From assembly GCF_048593235.1 (NCBI RefSeq), contig NC_133617.1, positions 16,497,607-16,561,606 on the forward strand: DNA of 64,000 bases, written 5' to 3'. The translations under genes were made by a program, and so were the position numbers. Numbering within the stretch: the stretch's first letter is position 1; the number at the start of each line of letters is the position of its first letter. Below are positions 59,631-64,000 of this stretch, piece after piece. A model generated the notes under the pieces. That model had not been told where the DNA came from. It saw nothing but the letters and a program-made list of their open reading frames with translations, and searched no databases. The stretch comes from Sminthopsis crassicaudata. Its lineage: Eukaryota.

Positions 59631-60394
59631 AATGTTTAAAGGCCATCACTTAGAATTCTAAGTTATGCTCAAACTGTAGCATACTTGAGAACAGTATTAT
59701 GTTATCCCACCAAAATTTTAACTTAGTGTTTTTAATCAATTATGAATTTCTTATGCAATTTAAAAAGTCTATTCTGTTCTAAAACTATTAAATAAACAGA
59801 ATATCAAATTCTGCCCCCAAAATAGATTAGAAACTGATTTCTGAAACTCCAATACTAACCTTCATTATCACCGTCACTTATTATGAAACCCTGGAAAATC
59901 ATTGAACCTCAGTTTCCTAATAGTGTGAAAAGTTGATTTCTAGGAACCCTTTTCTGCTTTAACTTCATGGAGATTACTATTGTACAGAACACCTATTACA
60001 TTACATTTTCTGAAGGAAGAAGTGATGAGTAGGCCAGGTACTAAAAGCAAAGATAATAAACAGATACGTAAGTGCTGTAATGGTTAATTAAGTGATCCAG
60101 AAGTTTATGGGAGAATATGGACAAACCACCAAGATAAGAAAGCACAGAGAACACAATTTGTACTACTGTTTTGATGTGGCCACCTTGTTGAGATCACAAA
60201 ACCATTGCTCTAAAAAAATAAATCCTCCACTAAGTCTTTCTAACTTGTTGATTCTTTTAAAAAGTTATTTTCATGAACCTGCTTAAAAACCCATTATTAT
60301 AAGTCTTAGATAATTCAACAGTATTATTTTGCAAAACTCCAGATTTCTTGCTATAACAAACATTTGCCTGTTGACACTTCAGCACAAATTTGAA

Positions 60395-62500
60395 ACCTCA
60401 ACAAATATTTGTTAGCTACTTATGTATTATGCTAGGCGCTGATCTCAAGGAACTTAAATTCTGTTAGAGGATGACACAGCATGTACATAAGTAAGAAAAT
60501 ACTAGGTAATATAATGCCAAGAAGAAGAATGTTATTAATTGAGGACCAATTATTTTAGCTTGTATAAAAGACATCTGATCTGTGCTTTGAAAGAATTTTG
60601 GGATTCCACTACCTCCTTGTAGAGGGATAGAATTTGAAGCCCACTCATATGAAGGCTGGAATGTCGGGTACAGGGAACAGTTAGCAAGCTGATATGACTA
60701 GGAAGTACAGCGTACAAAAGGAAGTAGTGTGAACAATATATATAGTAATATAGAAAGTACTAGTAAGGAGAATAATATAGAAGAATAGGTGAAAGTCATA
60801 TTGTGAAGAGCTCTAAAAGCTTTAGGAGTTTATTTACATTTTATCCTTATGCAGAGGTATTAAGAAGTCACTAAAGATTTCTCTTTGGGGAATAGGAGAA
60901 GGTTGTTACATGATCAGATCCTTATCAGTTTAATGGCTGTATGGCTGCAATAGAGCAGAGAAACTGAAGACAATGAGAGTACTTTGGAGAGTTCTGCAAC
61001 AGTTCAGATGAAATTAAGGTTCTGAATTGGAATGGTTGCAATATGATTAGAAAGAAGAATAAGGATGAGAATACTATGGAGGCAGAATCAACAAGACAGT
61101 TAATGATTACATATTAGAAACGAGAGAAAAGAATCAAAAATTATGCCAAGATTATATATAACTGGAAGGATTAGAGATGACATCAACAAAAATGGGAACA
61201 TGTGGTGGAGGACTAGTTTTGAATGGTTACCAGTATTTATGGACAAGATGAATTTGATATGGCTGGGAAATAATAAAGTAATAGAATACAATTAGGACTG
61301 ACATTCAGGAGACAGAGAAAAGCTACATAAATGTTTGGGAGTCTGCACAGGGACAATAATTGATCCCAAAAATGCTACCGAGATCCCCAAAGAAAATAGT
61401 GTAGAGAAATGAAGGAACAGGCAATATAGAGCCATGAATGGATACCTTCAAGTGTTTAGGCATGCTATGGGGCAGGAGATTGGCAGAAGTGGAACATTAA
61501 ACCCCATAATCCCACAGCCTCAGAAGGGCTGTTGCAAGCAAGGAATCTGTGGTACAGTCTTGAATTAATGTCAGTTAATTTTGCTCCCAAGTGAACCAAC
61601 ACTGGACACAGCTGACCCTTTGGGCAAGAAAAAAATCAAAATCAAAAAAGGATTTGGGGAGGGAATGCCTGAAATTCCACCTCCCATACAGTTTTTTTAC
61701 CTTCGTACCTGTGATTTTGATTTGTTTTTAACTTCCTAAATTGTTTTTACCTGAGTAAAGTGGAATGCATTATAGTACAAGGACTATTTATTTCATTTGG
61801 AATGATCTACTGTACCAGATAAGAATCATGAACAGAAAACAGAATTGAAGATTCATCAAAGGAGACAAAGAAAGAAAAGTCTGACACAGAGAATCAAAAC
61901 ATTAACAGCATTCAAGAAGCCAAGGAAGGAAAAAATGCTCAGCAGTCTCAAAAACTGTATCAGACAGAAAAACTGTATCAGGCTCAAAAACTGACTAAAG
62001 GCCATTAGATTGCTTATTGAATGACTAAGTGACAACAGTTAATATTACTGGTAACTTTTCAACATCAATTGAATGAGGAAGCCCTAAGTCAAACTGTAAT
62101 AAAGAAAAGGAAAATGGAGGCAATGAATGTAGACAAATCTTAGTAGTAGTTTGGTTGTGAAACAGAAGAGATATAGGCCAAAAACTTAATAGCAGCCAAG
62201 CAAAAGTTTTCAGGATGAGTAAGAGAAATGGTTGCATTTGTAGGCAACAGGGAAGGAACAAAAGGAAGAGACAGAAGATGAGAAAAAGTGAAGGAAAAAA
62301 ATGAAGAAATACAAGCTCCTGCAGAAGACAAGGGAGAATGGGATCAAGAGCCTGAGTAAACTAGCTAAAGCCAAGAGAAGGGTCATTCATCAGATACTAA
62401 AAGCAATAGAAGAAAATATAAGTAGGGAGGCAGAGTTCAAGGAAAGAAAGAGTAGCATGAAGATGGATTCTGAAAAGTAAGTTTGGGAGAAAAAAAAAAA
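60395..62500 (-). mobile_element. Long L2 LINE remnant with an unclassified ~350-bp insert near 61460-61815
   Basis: L2 3' end (caacaaatatttgttagctacttatgtattatgctaggc) followed by purine-rich L2-like body; approximate. Confidence 0.55.
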
Positions 62501-63229
62501 AAGGAATAGCTAAAAGCTAGAAATATAAATTTCTGACTATATATATTAAAATTCTGAATTAAGTATCATGAAGGTTTTCCAGGTCAACTGAAACTAACAA
62601 GCTACTAAGAATTCTTGCTGATTTACAAAACTCTAATCTAGGATTTTTCCATTCCCGTACAAAATGAAAATATAATCATTGGAACATAAGCAGAAGCCAA
62701 CTGCAAAAGGGCAGTATTATAAACATAAGAGGCTTTTAAAAAATGCCTAATGGTAGTATCTATTTAAAATAAAATAATCTAACTCATTTAAAAATGAGAG
62801 CATCATAAAATTCAAGATTTAGAACTGCAAATAAAAATATCTGGTACAATCCCTAATTTTACAGATGAATAAAGTAAGATACAAAAAAGATTATGTGATT
62901 TTTCTCAAGCTTACGTGCTCCATTATAGCACTCTTTCCCATGTACATTACAGCCCTTCCATGTATTAATGGGAACAATAAGTAAAAAGATGATGACAACA
63001 GATCCTAAGCAAGACAATCAGAAAATCACAATTTGCTCCCATTTCTATTTGAAAATAATGTATCACATGTTATAAAAAGTAAAATAAAATCTACATTCAC
63101 TACAACTCAACAATTATGAAGCATCTACTACATGTCAAGCACTGTAATAAACACTAAAAATATAACAAAAGGAAAACAAACCTAAATTCAAGATTACATT
63201 CTACAACACCATATACATAGGTATTTAAA

Positions 63230-63480
63230 AGTAGCTAGGTAGCAAAAGTAAGTGCTAGACCTAGGCTCAGAAAGAGTTGAGTTCAAATTTTGTAGGAAAT
63301 TTGCAAGCTGTGTGGCTCTAGTCAAATCACTTAAATCCTGTCTCATTTTTACCACCTATAAAATGGGGATAATATCAAGATCTACCTGCCAGTACTGTTG
63401 TGAGGATAAAATGAGATAATTGTAAAATACTTTGAAATCTTAAAACACTATGTAAATGAAGCTATCATGCTGATAATGCT
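63230..63480 (+). mobile_element. MIR/CORE-SINE remnant (further MIR remnants near 3500-3700, 15663-15820, 16830-16960, 38880-39090)
   Basis: ttgagttcaaatt...gctgtgtggctctagtcaaatcacttaa...aaaatggggataat...gttgtgaggataaaatgagataat. Confidence 0.75.
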
Positions 63481-64000
63481 ATTATTAATTATTGTGGAGA
63501 AATATCAATTATGTAGAAACTAATTTCAAAAGAGAATAGGAAGAAGCTTTGTATGAAAAGTGACACCAAAACAGGGCTTTTAAGGAAACTAGAAATTCTA
63601 AAGAAACAGAAGTGCGTTGCTCAAAATCAAGAGATGAAATTTCAGTTATAAAGAATAATTAGTAGGCCAGTTTTGTTGGCACAGAGTATAGGAAGAAGAG
63701 TAACAAAAACCAAGAATAGAAAAGTAAATAAGTTGTATTGTGGAAGGCTTTAAATACAAAACTGAGAATTTTTTTAAATATACTAGAGATAAATGGGAGC
63801 CACCTAAGACTTCTGAGTAGGAAGATGACATGGTCAAAGGAATATAAATTTGGCAGTGTGGATGAAGCATTAGAGAAGAGGGGACTGACAGCAAGGAGAT
63901 CAATTAGGAAGCTACTACAGTAGTCTAGACAAGAGTTGATGAATAAAACTAAAGGCAGTATGAGTGGAGAGTAAGGAAAAGATGTAAAACATTATAAAAG

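Noticed and set aside
1-64000. Most ORFs in the supplied track, and the intronic tails of exon-overlapping ORFs
   Set aside because: They are chance ORFs in AT-rich or repeat DNA, L1 remnants (e.g. [23 protein letters not shown]), or read-through beyond splice sites. Only spliced TRRAP exons give a coherent protein.
57249-64000. Search for TRRAP exons 2-3 or a promoter / CpG island
   Set aside because: No matching peptide and no CpG-rich sequence; the region is intron filled with L2, L1 and MIR remnants.
1-64000. CRISPR arrays, prokaryotic operons, rRNA or tRNA genes
   Set aside because: None seen. The recurring ~135-bp and ~600-bp repeats are dispersed SINEs and L1 ends with TSDs; the tRNA-like A/B boxes belong to SINE heads.

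Overview
AT-rich eukaryotic genomic DNA, probably from a dasyurid-type marsupial (inferred from WSINE1-like and MAR1-like SINEs and marsupial-type L1 3' ends). The whole window lies inside TRRAP on the minus strand. I traced 42 constitutive coding exons by hand (provisionally exons 4-31 and 33-46 by human numbering). They total 6,565 nt (about 2,188 codons), are all GT-AG and stay in one continuous frame. The first coding exons lie beyond the right edge and the FAT/PIKK C-terminal half beyond the left edge. Introns hold L1, L2, MIR, MAR1 and WSINE1-like repeats, microsatellites and a 163-nt assembly gap. No prokaryotic-type system (CRISPR, operon, rRNA/tRNA) is present. The most interesting region is the intron after the SDGN exon (15375-20109), which carries a cluster of short in-frame phase-0 cassette exons. 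Two match TRRAP isoforms I recall: the 54-nt ESISEC exon and the 21-nt PAMEGVE microexon. A second 21-nt candidate (EMYLNSE) I do not recognise, and there is a possible 3-nt CAG microexon. The three longer ones share a GAG|GTGAG donor. Other oddities: a decayed copy of exon 6 plus its acceptor inserted into an L1; an antisense YBX3-like cold-shock-domain retrocopy fragment; a sense-oriented 3'UTR-like retrocopy with AATAAA; a 110-bp tandem duplication containing a pseudo-exon; and a miRNA-like hairpin. All homology calls are from memory of the families; no database search was run.
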